DNA of 64,000 nt from Stegostoma tigrinum (Eukaryota), in assembly GCF_030684315.1 (NCBI RefSeq), contig NC_081379.1, positions 43,543,404-43,607,403 of the forward strand. Reading direction: 5' to 3'. The notes under the pieces were generated by a model. That model saw only the letters and a program-made list of their open reading frames with translations, ran no database searches and was not told the origin of the DNA. Both the position numbers and the translations under genes were made by a program. Positions within the stretch are counted from its first letter, which is position 1. Every line of letters begins with the position of its first letter. Below are positions 26,095-37,872 of this stretch, in pieces.

Positions 26095-29000
26095 TAGAAA
26101 AGATTATGTTCTGCTTTTGTGGTGCTGGCTGGTGTTGCAGGGTTGGAAATTTTCTTCACTGTCATGTAAATAGCTTTGTTGCACTGTATTGGAGCAGGTT
26201 GATTCGAGGCCAGCTAGATCTGGAGAACATTCCTTAAGCATAACAATCAAGTATCTTTAGCTGTTTCTTAATATTATATAAGTACAGCAAGCAATCAGGA
26301 CAGCAAATTGAATTTTGACCTTTATTACAAAGAGATTCAAGTACAGGTTCAAAGAAGATTTGTTACACTTTAGAGGGTTACAGCAAGACCACATCTGGAT
26401 TATTGCATGCAGTTTAGCCTTCTCATTTACAAAGCTATGTACTTGCATTGAAAGCAGTACCGCCAAGATTCACTAGATTGGTTCCTGTGAAGAGTTAATT
26501 ATCCTATAATAAAATGCTGAGCAAATTGGGTCTGTTTTCTCTGAAATTTTAATGAGAAATGCACAAGATTCTGAAGGGCAATTATAGGGATGATGTTGCA
26601 AAATTGTTTCCAACGATGTTGGAGTCTAAAACATGGGACCAATCATTTAGGACTGAGATGAAGTTAAATTACTTAACTCAAAGAGCTGTAATATCTCTGT
26701 AGCAAAGAGATTTGGCTGTAATTTTTTGCAAAAGCCTCCGTGTTGTATCTTTCGCTAACTTCTTGGGTTGTACCGTCCATAAGAATGCTATTAAATGGCC
26801 ACTACCATTCACGACTGTACAGAACATGACTGGGTCTGATCTCTGGTTCGAGATCCCTGAGCTTTTTCTTAGCATCGTGTGCCTGGTGTTTCGATGTTTG
26901 TGGCTGCAGAAGGTCCAACCTAATTTTTATTCATGCCTGGTGGTGCACTCCTGCACTTCTTATTGAACGAGGGGCGGACGAGGTAATGCTAATGTGAAGG
27001 ATATGGCAGGTCAATTGGTTTACAGGCTATGGTGGATTGTAATTCTGCTGCTACCGGCGAGCTGCTGGAAATGAGGCAATTGATATCTTACCTATAAATG
27101 TGTTCTCGGTGACATCTACGTCTGGAATAACAAATGACGGACAAACAAAACACCGCGTAAATTTGGTAAACAACTTTTAACGTGGTGTACCGTACTTGGC
27201 TCTCAGATCTCGCTTTTAACGGTGAAACTCTATTTTTGAAATAGAAATATTTACGCCATGAATGTTTAAGAAATGCGTCTAATGATCTGAACAGGTGACA
27301 TGGAAGTAAATAGCGAGGTGTTGCGCATATACTTTTGTGATTGCTATAGGTCTTCCCGCCTTAAGAGTGAATCCAGTAGTGAAGATGTCTGAGTATCACA
27401 ATTTGTAAGCACGAAAATCAAATGGAAAAACGTGCAGCCAGAGAGTAAAGAAAATTGTGTTTTTTTGTCGTTTATAAAGTACTACAGAAAAAATGAAGAG
27501 GCTCCAGCGCAATATATTTCCCTCTTCAATTATTCATCGTTTTCTTTTTAAAATTACTTCTACTCCCACCGTGCAAATGTACAGACTGCCACATTGCGCT
27601 CTGCATAATCAGTCCGATCTGCAAGATTTTGTTAAAAGATTTTCCGGCCTCATCTCGTCTCCGCTTCTTTTGACTTTTTTTTAAAAGGATCTATCTATTT
27701 AGAGATGTTATTACATAATTTTGGAGCAGGTGCGACTTGAACCTGGGTTATTTGGCTCAGAGGTAGGATCAGTACCACCGTTCTAACTGCCTTAAATCTG
27801 TTTATCTTGTCTAATTATCCGTCTGCCGATGGAAAAGGTTTCCTCTCATTTACTTTGTTGGAACCGTTCATGATCGTGAACATTTCTGTCATGTGTTCTC
27901 TTTAATTGTTTTTGTTCTTGGAGGGTATAATCCCAGTTGCTTAAAACGTCTTTACCTAAACAAAATGTTTTATTCAGGGCACCATTCCAGCAAATGTCCT
28001 CTGAGCCGTCTCCAGTGATAACGTGCAGTGTCCATTCTTGTCTACGATATTCTGCCTAGGGCCGAACCCCTTCGGTGGGCAATGGATTAGTTGTCTTGCA
28101 TTTGTTCTTTTCATTCCCCATGATCATGCCAAAGATTTACGATGTCTTTTTTTTAACAGCTTGCTGAACTATCCCTTCACTTTCGAAAAATTATGCACGT
28201 ACATCTTCAGATTTTTCTGTTCCTGATCGGCCTCTAAACTTATGATCGTTGGCCTATATTGCGTCTCCTCATTTTTCCTTCGCAAAGGAATCACTTCACA
28301 ATCCTCCTGTGTTAGAATTAAGCTGTTGTGTATCTGTAATTGCCAATTCCCCATCATTATGCGAATTAGCTTATTTCCACACAACTTCAAATTTCACGAA
28401 ATATAGCAAACTCGAAGGTAGAGAAGTGTTTTATACCATTAAAAGCAATTGAGTGTAAAACTGTTTATTGATTCCTGCTGCAGTACGTGTTGAAGGAAAC
28501 AGTTATTTTAAGAAATGATATCGATTGGGTTAGATTTTCTCAAGTAACTGCACCTGGTAAAGACGATTCAAATCAACGGTGGTGTGCTTTACGCCTTTGG
28601 ATTGTTCATGAAAATATTGTAATTGTAATTTTTCACGAATATAGTTGAATTCAATGGATAGGGCTGAATGTGTAAAAAAAATTGCCTATACATTGGAATA
28701 AAATAAAGAACTGCGGATACTGGCAATCTGAAGCAAATGGTCACTGGACTCGAAATATTAACTCTGCTATCTTCATAGATACTACCAGCTATACTGAGTT
28801 TTTCCAGCAATTTCTGCAGAACTGTTTTCCAGCATCCGTAATTATTTGTTTTTTTTCTATCTAAAGGATTACTGGAGTCGAAACATTAAGTCTGCTTTCT
28901 CTTTCCTTGGATACAGCCAGATCTGCTGAGTTTCTCCAGCAATTTCTGCTTATAGCTTTCAGAGCAGACGGGAACAACGATCAAATTCTCTTTCTAATGC

Positions 29001-29195
29001 TTAGGATGCCGTGTAGAAAAGGAAAGATATATTTCAGTGTATTCATTAAAACAATAATTTCTTGACACAGTGTACAAAATGCACAAGTTTCAAAAAGGTA
29101 TCGCACTAATTAACGCATCCTACGAGCGATACACAATATTACAACATAAATCTGTCTGATTTCCCATGCTAGTTTGTCCAGTTTAGAAGTCATGT

Positions 29196-29257
29196 GATTG
29201 GGAGGGCCGAACACGATTGTCAGTGGTCAACAGTCAGCCTTCATTTGCATAATGAAG
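29196..29257 (+). promoter_or_regulatory. Ig promoter of the intact light-chain gene: inverted CCAAT plus octamer
   Basis: TGATTGG at about 29196; ATTTGCAT at 29243-29250, 185 nt upstream of the ATG. The octamer is the canonical Ig V promoter element. Confidence 0.85.
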
Positions 29258-29427
29258 AGCCCTTGTAGAGAGGTGTCACCATTAAAAACATTGATAAGGC
29301 AAAGCGAGACCGACAAACAATAACACTTGTCGACTGCAGCCTGGCGACAGGTCTGAGCCACCTGATACACCTTGTTATCTCAGAGTCTCCAGCATCTGCA
29401 GTTCCTACTATCTTTCTCGCTCAAATC

Positions 29428-29479
29428 ATGATACTTCAGTGGGCGCGTGTCATCACAACGCTGCTAATTGGCGCAGTCT
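29428..29479 (+). CDS. Ig light chain exon 1 (leader) MILQWARVITTLLIGAV
   Basis: ATG at 29428, hydrophobic signal peptide, phase-1 donor GTAAGT at 29480. Confidence 0.9.
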
Positions 29480-29570
29480 GTAAGTATTCAACAAACGTCT
29501 CAGGCAGGTAGAAAGTGACGATATTAATCAACTGAAGCCAACCCTTTGACTTTGCTCCATTTTTTTGCAG

Positions 29571-29912
29571 GTTCGAACGCCGAGGTTACATTAACCCAAC
29601 CACAATCGATATCCATCGAGCCGCAAGGCACTGTTAAATTAAGTTGCACTGTGTCTGGCACCTCCTTGGGAAACAGTGACGTGGGATGGTACCAGCAGAA
29701 ATCCGGGAATACGCCTCGATTCCTACTCTATCATGATCTGACCCGCGAGGTGAGGGGTGAGGGGGTCCCCGCTCGGTTCTCTGGGAGGAGCCAATCGTCA
29801 ACTAATGCCGCGTATTTAACCATCAGCGGAGTTCAAGCGGAGGATGACGCCGACTATTACTGTGGCAGGTATAGCTACGGCTTCGGCGGAGGTACCAAGC
29901 TCACTGTTCTAA
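29571..29912 (+). CDS. Ig light chain exon 2: germline-joined VJ (lambda-like)
   Basis: Acceptor TTTTTTGCAG; (C)SNA-EVTLTQPQS...LSC...WYQQK...DDADYYC-GRYSYG-FGGGTKLTVL; donor GTAAGT at 29913; open frame, no RSS. Confidence 0.95.
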
Positions 29913-31713
29913 GTAAGTAGCCTTAATTTGCCTCAGACCCTACAGTGAACCCTTCATTTGTGTGTCTAACAATTAGTCAAACTCATTCTGGCTGGAGCCG
30001 AACTTCTGGTTCCTAAAGGTTGAGTTGCCTTCTAACATGAGTAAAATGAAGCAACTGTAGCTGTAGATCGGCATCAGCAATTGTTTGCGATATAAAGCTA
30101 TCACACGTTCAAATTGTAAAAGAACTTTCTTATCTACGAAAAGTTTCACTTCTAAATTTAGAATTAGTATCAACGCATTTTGTGCATTGAGTTCAATCAG
30201 TGTTTTTCTTTAAAGGCCGTTGATAGCACAGCTAGCAGATAATAATACTAATAGCAGATAATGCGACGGCGTCAAATGTGAGCGGGCGGGTCACTTGGAA
30301 AGGGCCAACAGCAGTTTTTGTCTCGCAGCTCCACAGCTTGCCAAACTATCCAAGAGTGTGAGCACGGCTTTAATCTTGATTTGCGTCTCTCCATTGTCCA
30401 CCGCTGTGAGACTTTCCAACGTATCTGACCAGCCGCCCATTTATAGACATGGTCATATTTACAAGTTCTATTCTCCTATAAAGATATAACTTTTTAAAGG
30501 AAAACACTATAAAATGTTGTGTCTTTGTACACACCACGGGTGAAAACACTGTTTTTAAAGTTACCCACATTTTAGACAATATTTGAAAGACATCATTCTT
30601 CAGAATTGAAAGGAGTTTAACAATCTCCTTCTATCAAAATATTTTCTCTCGGCTATATCTAATGAAATCGTTCAAGTGCTTTCAAAGACAGGGTTTGCAA
30701 CTTATGGCACCGGAAATAATCGTTTAGTTTGTTCAGTGGAAAGAGTTCAAATTGACAGTGAGACGCATGGCCATTTAGTTCTAGAAAATTGATCCTTACA
30801 ATTAAATCCGAAAAGTAAAGGAACCAAGATTTAAAATGCATCTTTCACAATTGCGGATAAATGTTTATAACAAATGAAAAACAAAACTTTGCCGTGTGCT
30901 GAGCATTGTAATTTGGAGTAATGGGAGCCAAATTAAATATAGAATGGCCCCACAAGCTGCAATGTGATTAAGATCAAATCGTCTGCTTTATAGATTTAGT
31001 TTGCGGCATGCATATTGACCAGGGCTGAGAGAGGATTATTGTTTTTCTTCCACTCGAAATAGCACTGAAATTTTCTTCTGGTCAAACACCACTGTTAGTA
31101 TGATACGGTCTTAGTGATGCCCGATATGTTAGTTCATATGAACAGAGACCAGAAAGATCGGATTCTTGTTGAGACGGATGTCTTCAAGTTTTTTTTATTA
31201 AAAACACTTACTGTTTGTATTGCTGCAACATCATAGAGAAACGCGTGATCTGGGCCTCCGTGCTTTCTGGTATTGTTATGAATTACATGCTCATAACTGG
31301 TTAACTGAACAGACTTACACTGATTCCATTACCCAGAGAGAGTCGAAGACGAGGTCGAAAACTTTACACCTAAACATCACATATTGCGATGTCATGTAAC
31401 TACATTAAAGATAGGCCCCTCTGGTCCGGAATTAATGCCATTATACATGTACGTCCAGATCATTTAAAGCTATCACAAATAATCGATTAACGACAGTTAG
31501 ATGTTTACCATTAAGGAAGGATTCGAGGATAGTGCAACTCACACTCAACACCTAAATCATCTGGTCAAGAATTTGGCGTGTGTTTTGAGCCCATTATAGA
31601 TAACACAAAGCAATAATTTATCACGTGCTCATTTATTGCAACGGATATTTAATTATAATTATTTCTACGATTGCTTTTTTTAAAATTGACTAACATAATC
31701 CGCTTCATTACAG

Positions 31714-32042
31714 CCCGGGAAGTGACTCGCCCTTTAGTATCTCTTCTCCCGCCGTCACCCGATCAGATCTCCGCAGAAAACGAGGCGACCCTGGTGTGTT
31801 TGGTGAATAATTTTTTCCCCGGCTCGGTGGAGGTTTCATGGAGTGTGGACGGCCAGACCACGGACAGTGGTGTCCAGACATCTCGGTTGGTGCGGGGCAC
31901 CGACCAGACCTACAGCGTGAGCAGTTACCTGACCCTGACGGCCTCCCAGTGGAACTCACACAAACTCTACACCTGCGGCGTTACACACGAGTCTCTCGGA
32001 TCTCAGCTCAAGCAAAGTATCAAGAGATCAGGCTGCGAGTGA
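31714..32042 (+). CDS. Ig light chain exon 3: constant domain
   Basis: Acceptor TTACAG; (T)REVTRPLVSLLPPS...ATLVCLV...W...YSVSSYLTL...YTC...SIKRSGCE-stop. Both domain Cys and the penultimate inter-chain Cys are present. Spliced CDS 52+342+329=723 nt, 240 aa. Confidence 0.95.
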
Positions 32043-32192
32043 ACGAGTGAAGCCCATCCCCTCCACCGGCGCAAACTATCATTCAGAACGTTCATGTTTG
32101 AAAGCAGTGTCTCGTTATTCGAAATGTATTTCTTTCTTCCCATTTTTGCAGAAACGTTTAATGCTTAAATCTGGAATTCGAAGCCATTGTCT

Positions 32193-32198
32193 AATAAA
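32193..32198 (+). terminator. Polyadenylation signal of the intact light-chain gene
   Basis: AATAAA about 150 nt after the stop; an equivalent signal is at 16875 in the paralog. Confidence 0.65.
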
Positions 32199-32653
32199 GA
32201 ATGATTTTGATCGCTTCAGTGAGTTTTATAAATGAGTTAACGAAGCCCTCCAGGTTAACGCTAATAGCGTTCCAGTCACTCACGCAGGACGCGTCCTTAA
32301 ACGCAGTCGACCGATACTTGCTCCTGGACACTTGGCAGTCAGTTTTACCATCCTCCACGTTCTAGATTGTTATTTGCTTACTTTCAAGGGTAGAGCTAGG
32401 AGGCAGATCCTAAGTCTACCTCACGAGGAATGGGAACCCAACGAGCACCGTTGGCATCGAAGTTAACCGGCCCTAAACAGCATCTCTAGCCTTGTGAATG
32501 CATTGCGCTCTTGCATCCTGTTTTTGTACTCAATTCGATCTGGTAAACGATCATTATTTGTTTGATAAGTAGCTTGCACAAGCAGAACTCGAGGATCAAA
32601 TTAATTAATTGACTCATTGGGATAGTTAATGTTAAAAACGTTTCCAAACAAAT

Positions 32654-33455
32654 GATAATGGGAACTGCAGATGCTGGAGAATCCAAGATAATGAAGTGTG
32701 AAGCTGTATGAACACAGCAGGCCAAGCAGCATCTCAGGAGCACAAAAGCTGACGTTTCGGGCCTAGACCCTTCATCAGAGAGGGGGATGGGGTGAGGGTT
32801 CTGGAATAAATAGGGAGAGAGGGGGAGGCGGACTGAAGATGGAGAGAAAAGAAGATAGGTGGAGAGGAGAGTATAGGTGGAGCTAGGGAGGGGATAGGTC
32901 AGTCCAGGGAAGACGGACAGGTCAAGGAGGTGGGATGAGGTTAGTAGGTAGGAAATGGAGGTGCGGCTTGTGGTGGCAGGAAGGGATGGGTGAGAGGACG
33001 AACAGGTTAGGGAGGCAGAGACAGGCTGGACTGGTTTTGGGATGCAGTGGGTGGAGGGGAAGAGCTGGGCTGGTTGTGTGATGCAGCGGGGGAGGGGACG
33101 AACTGGGCTGGTTTTGGGATGCGGTGGGGGAAGGGGAGATTTTGAAGCTGGTGAAGTCCACATTGATTCCATTGGGCTGCAGGGTTCCCAAGCAGAATAT
33201 GAGTTGCTGTTCCTGCAGCCTTCGGGTGGCATCATTGTGGCACTGCAGGAGGCCCATGGTAGACATGTCATCTAAAGAATGGGAGGGGGAGTTGAAATGG
33301 TTCGCGACTGGGAGGTGCAGTTGTTTATTGCGAACCGACCGGAGGTGTTCTGCAAAGCAGGCCTGCGCTTGGTTTCCCCAATGTAGAGGAAGCCACACCG
33401 GGTACAGTGGATACTGTATACCACATTGGCAGATGTGCAGATGAACATGAATACT
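32654..33455 (-). mobile_element. Penelope-like element, 5'-truncated, GIY-YIG endonuclease remnant
   Basis: FICTSANVVYSIHCTRCGFLYIGETKRR (33272-33469) and VANHFNSPSH...RRLQEQQLIF...GINVDF; hammerhead core on the minus strand at 32751-32778. Confidence 0.92.
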
Positions 33456-34159
33456 CTCTCTAATGGCACTGTGCAGCAGCCCAGGGAGGCAGCTTACAGC
33501 CACCTTCTCAAGGGACAACACGCAGAGGCGATAAATTCTGGCCCATCCAGCGATGCTCACGCCCAATGAATCAACTGTGAAAGTACAAGTCAATTTGTCA
33601 ATGTCCCACACTGAACTGGTTGAACGGCGAGTGGGGTTATTCTGGCGAAGCTTCACTCTAAATATGCCCACTCAAACATTCGTTTATTAAATTAACCATG
33701 CAGCACTACATTGAGTAACTTTGAGTGACTCTGCTTTAAAGACATTGTTTGCCATTTAATATGTTACGTTTAAAATCATGCCTAACACATGCCCCCAATC
33801 CCCATTTATTTTGCCTTAACCCTAGCCCACAGCAAATTGAAAAGGAGGAAAAATATTTTCTCCAATCTCCTAGTTCCCTTTGTGTACAAATTCCATTGCA
33901 TACATGGAAATGTTATCTTGCAAAGTATTTTCGGGATATCGGAAACGTTTCGAAATTGTGTGATAATGAAGCAAATAGGCACGAGGGGAAATCTCCTCGC
34001 CATTAGTCAATCGACTCCCTGGCCAGCGGCCATGGCATTGTGACTATCATTCTCATTTTAGCAATAGAAACGAATGTTCCGAAAAGTATAATGGAAGACA
34101 TACCTTCAATTACGACTAATATTAAGCATGGATACTAAAGCAATTCAAGATCACTTTAG

Positions 34160-35000
34160 GTGGTAGTAAGAACTGCCGATGTTGGAGTCTGAGATAGCAA
34201 GGTGTGGAGCTGGATGAACACAGCAGGCCAGGCAGCATCAGAGGAGCAGGAAGGCTGACATTTCTGGTTGGGGCCCTTCTTTAGAAATGGGGGAGGGGAA
34301 GGAGGTTCAGAAATAAATAGAGTGGACGGTAATAGCAGGTAGATAGTGAAGCGGATAGGTGGAAGAGAAGATGGACAGATCAAGGAGGTGGGGATGAAAC
34401 TAGTAAAGGTGTGTGTAGGTATGTGGTGGTGGGGATTGGTCAGTGAGGAGGGAGAAGCTGATAGGTCACAGAGAAGACAGACCGATCAAGGAGGTGGGGA
34501 TGAGAGGGGGCGCTGGTCTTGAGATGAAGTCAGCGGTGGGGAGATTTTGAAGCCAGTAAAGTCCACATTGAGGCCATTGGGTTGTAGGGTTCCAAGGCGG
34601 AATATGGGGTGTGGCTCCTGCAACCTTTGCGTGGCTTTGCCAGGGATGTAAACAGAGAGGTCCAGGAAGAAGAGAGAGGCATGGGAGATTGTCCAGGTGA
34701 ACTTGAGGTTGGGGTGGAAGGTGTTAGTAAAGTCGATGAACTGGTCGAGCTCCTTATGGGAGGATGAGGCGGTGCCAACACAGTCATCGATGTAATGGAG
34801 GAAGAGGTGGGGGATGGGGCCAGTGTAGCTGCGAAAGAGGGATTGTGAGTTTTGAGAAGAGGGATTGTTCCAAATAACCTACAAAGAGGCAGGCATAGCT
34901 TGGGACCATGCAGGTACCTATGGCCACGCCCTTAGCCTGTAGGAAGTGTGAGGTGTTCAAGGAGTAGTTGTTAAGGGTGAAGACAGTGAAGTGGAGAAGG
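34160..35000 (-). mobile_element. Older, internally deleted Penelope-like element with RT remnants
   Basis: FTLNNYSLNTSHFLQAKGVAIGTCMVPSYACLFVGYLE (RT B' motif) and LFLHYIDDCVG (YIDD, near 34785-34810); related terminal tail at 34160-34260. Confidence 0.85.
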
Positions 35001-35019
35001 GACCCAAAGGGAAACTGGA

Positions 35020-35712
35020 TTTGCTGAAAAGAAGCAACGTGATCTGCCAAATTCAATGCAACCACAGCACCAAGCACTACATCGGGCAAACCGGAAGAAA
35101 GCTGTCTATGAGAATCCATGAACACCAGCTCGCCGCCTGAAGGCACGACCCAATGGCACTGGTATCCGTCCATGGGGACCAAGAGGGACACCAGTTCGAC
35201 TGGAACAATGTGAAAGTACTGGCACAAGGAAGTACCAAACAAGAACGGGAATTTATCGAGGCATGGTACTCATCTGAAGAAGCAATAAACAAGCACATCG
35301 AAATTGATCCAGCCTACCAACCATTACAGACAAGGGAACAACGAGCTCGGGGAACCGGGGAAGAGACCGAACGCCACGAACCAAGGCGTGCAGAAACAAT
35401 GCAAACAGCCTCCAAACAGCCAATCAAATGGTGACTTGACAAACCATAACACTAACTTGATTTAGGTTACTAAAATATCTACCAATCAATATCGAGAACA
35501 TTAGCTACTAAACTATCTACCAATCAAAATCGAGAACATTAACTACTCTTCGGCAACCTATGTAAAGGCGAGCACCAGAGGAATCACCCACCTACGCACT
35601 GATGATGTCTTCTCGACTGGAGACGAAACGTTTGCAATTCATTTACCAAGCTCGGCGAACAAACCAACAACCAACCAATTTACCCGAGCTACCAATATTT
35701 CGCAACATCTCT
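35020..35712 (+). mobile_element. Second Penelope-like family, 3' part (GIY-YIG plus hammerhead)
   Basis: NVICQIQCNHSTKHYIGQTGRKLSMRIHEH...HQFDWNNVKVL...REFIEAWYS...INKHIEI; hammerhead at 35596-35635. Confidence 0.88.
35596..35635 (+). ncRNA. Minimal hammerhead ribozyme motif (PLE-associated)
   Basis: gca-CTGATGA-t-gtcttc(tcgact)ggagac-GAAA-C-GTT-tgc: stem I gca/tgc, 6-bp stem II, palindromic AACGTT in place of stem III, GUU cleavage triplet. Confidence 0.75.
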
Positions 35713-37549
35713 AACAAATAGCGCGGCCTGTTGGGATTCAAAAATCCTAGTCGTAGAAAATGGAATGACTAAATACAATGAAACAATCTCCGACCGATAT
35801 CCCATGTAGCACCCTTCAAGTGTGTGGGAGGGTCTTCAGCACACTAGTCAATGATAGGTTCCCCCAAACCCCTGCACTTCGCCAACTATAGCATAAATGC
35901 TGTCCCTCCACACCATTGTAGCTGCGATGAAGAGTCACCTAGACTAGAAACGTTACTTTGCTCTCTCTCCATGGATACTGCCTGACTCGCTGTGATCTCA
36001 GCATTTGTTGCTTTCAGTATAAGTTCCAGAATCCGTACTAATTTGTTCCTACAGCTGGGAAAACATTATTTGTGTTACTGAACACTTCTGAAAGTGTAAT
36101 AATGAGGCATCTTACACACTCGATCAAACCTGGGTCATGGGGGAAATGGGATTCATTCTGCCCTTTTTCGGGATATGTATGCCCAGATGATACGTACAAT
36201 GACCTTGTTGTACGGGCAGCACCGATTTAGGAATGAATATCAGCGCGGCTCCTCAGCACTAATCTAGACAACTGTGTGCAATACAAAGTTGCTGGAAAAG
36301 CTCAGCAGGTTTGGTAGCATCTGTGAAGGTAAAAACGGAGTTAACATGTCGGATCCGGTGAAGTTCTGAGGGAGGATGCTGCCAGACCTGCTGAGATTTT
36401 CCAGCAACTTTCTTTTTGTTCCTGATTTACAGCATTCGCAATTCTTTCAGTTTTTAACTGTGTGCAACATGCAGTTATCGCAATGAGGGATTCTTGGTTA
36501 CAAACCCTCTTCGTGGCCCCAGCCTTCTGAAAATAGGGCTCCCCGCTTTAAGGTCCAGCTCAAGGGCGAACTCTTGTTCTTCCGATTATGCCAGTTCCTC
36601 TAAATTTGGATCTAAAATGGCGCTGCAAGTGGCGACTTATAAACTGTACCAGTGCGAGGACATGTGACAACAAAGCTAATTCAAATTTGACACAGTCTCA
36701 ACAACGATTCTTTTAGGTCCTCAGTCTTCAATTCGTTCTCCACCATTCGTTCAATGCTTCGGATATTTTGTTTATCTAATTTGGTTTAGCCCTTTTTGCC
36801 GTACATTAGCGCAACTTCAGTTTCACTAATCTTCTTAGTTTCTTTAAATTTAGAAACGTTAAGACTGTTTATTCAATAACTTTGCTGAACTACTTTCCAG
36901 CGCTTTCCTCTCCGCTTATCAATCGCTTGATGTTCGTTTGTTGAATGCTGCAATGCTCAGGCATTGTACTCTACGAGAGACATATGACGTGTCCTTTTTA
37001 GCTTTGCACACACAGATAACACACATTTACAAACCCACTCGGATTCACACGCACGCGCGCTCGCACACACGCACACTTAAACCGACTTTCAATGACAGAC
37101 TTACTTTGGGGCCTTGGGGAACAGCATGTTTCATCGAACCCTTGAGCACTTTGCAAACGTTTTTCTTCCGGGAGCGTTTAATTGCTGAAGCCACAATAGA
37201 TATGGCCCATACTGGCAGAGCTGAAAGGCACGAAAATGGATGCTGCGTTTGATGTTCGATCATTTGTTATATTGAACTGCTCCATTGGGATCGACTCATA
37301 ATGATTAAATACTCAAGAAATAATCACATGATTGTTGTGTTTTAATTGACTTGATCGGATCCATAGGCGCAAAGTATTAATCAATGACATTTCAGGTAAC
37401 ATGCAAGTCCGTAAAAAACAGTTACTTTTACACCGCGATGAGCATATTTAATTTACCGAAATGCAAACAATTTCCACCATATTGCCACATGGGAGGTATG
37501 AACAGGAACGAACGAACTTTCTCAGTTGATTCAAGCGGCAATTTCGAAA

Positions 37550-37872
37550 TCACATACAGCTCGATCTCGAGATGCTTGTCTGAAACGGAGTTGCCTGAGT
37601 CTCGTGTTTAGCCGCACAGGAGTAAAGCTCATGTGAGTTCCAGCCTGAGGCTGACAGGGTCAGATAACTGCTCACACTGAACGTATTGTCCGTCTCCTGC
37701 TGGACCCGACTGGTCTCAACACCATCGCCCCTGATGTTGCCATCTACCGTCCACTGAATCTCTACGGCGCCCGGGTTAAAACTGCTGACCAAACAGACGA
37801 GAGTCTCCCTGTTGTTTTCCGTGATTTGAACCAATGAAGGCGGAAGGAGGGAGACTAATGGTTGCCGCGGAC
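37550..37872 (-). CDS. Ig light-chain constant exon (shark lambda/type II-like), open frame but its VJ partner is a pseudogene
   Basis: Acceptor AAACAG; (S)PRQPLVSLLPPS...TLVCLVSSFNPGAVEIQWTVDG...VETSRVQQETDNTFSVSSYLTLSASGWNSHELYSC...QTSISRSSCM-stop. Confidence 0.9.

Noticed and set aside
29066-29105. CACAGTG heptamer upstream of the intact V gene as a possible RSS
   Set aside because: No nonamer at 12 or 23 spacing (the A-rich TCAAAAAGG is 17 nt away) and it lies upstream of the promoter.
29239-29257. 7-bp inverted repeat around the octamer (CTTCATT-TGCAT-AATGAAG)
   Set aside because: Short and not conserved in the other two promoters; likely chance.
29428-32042. Processed retrogene or somatically rearranged B-cell allele explaining the joined VJ
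   Set aside because: Leader and J-C introns and the promoter are present, and two decayed pseudogenes in the window are also joined, which indicates germline joining.
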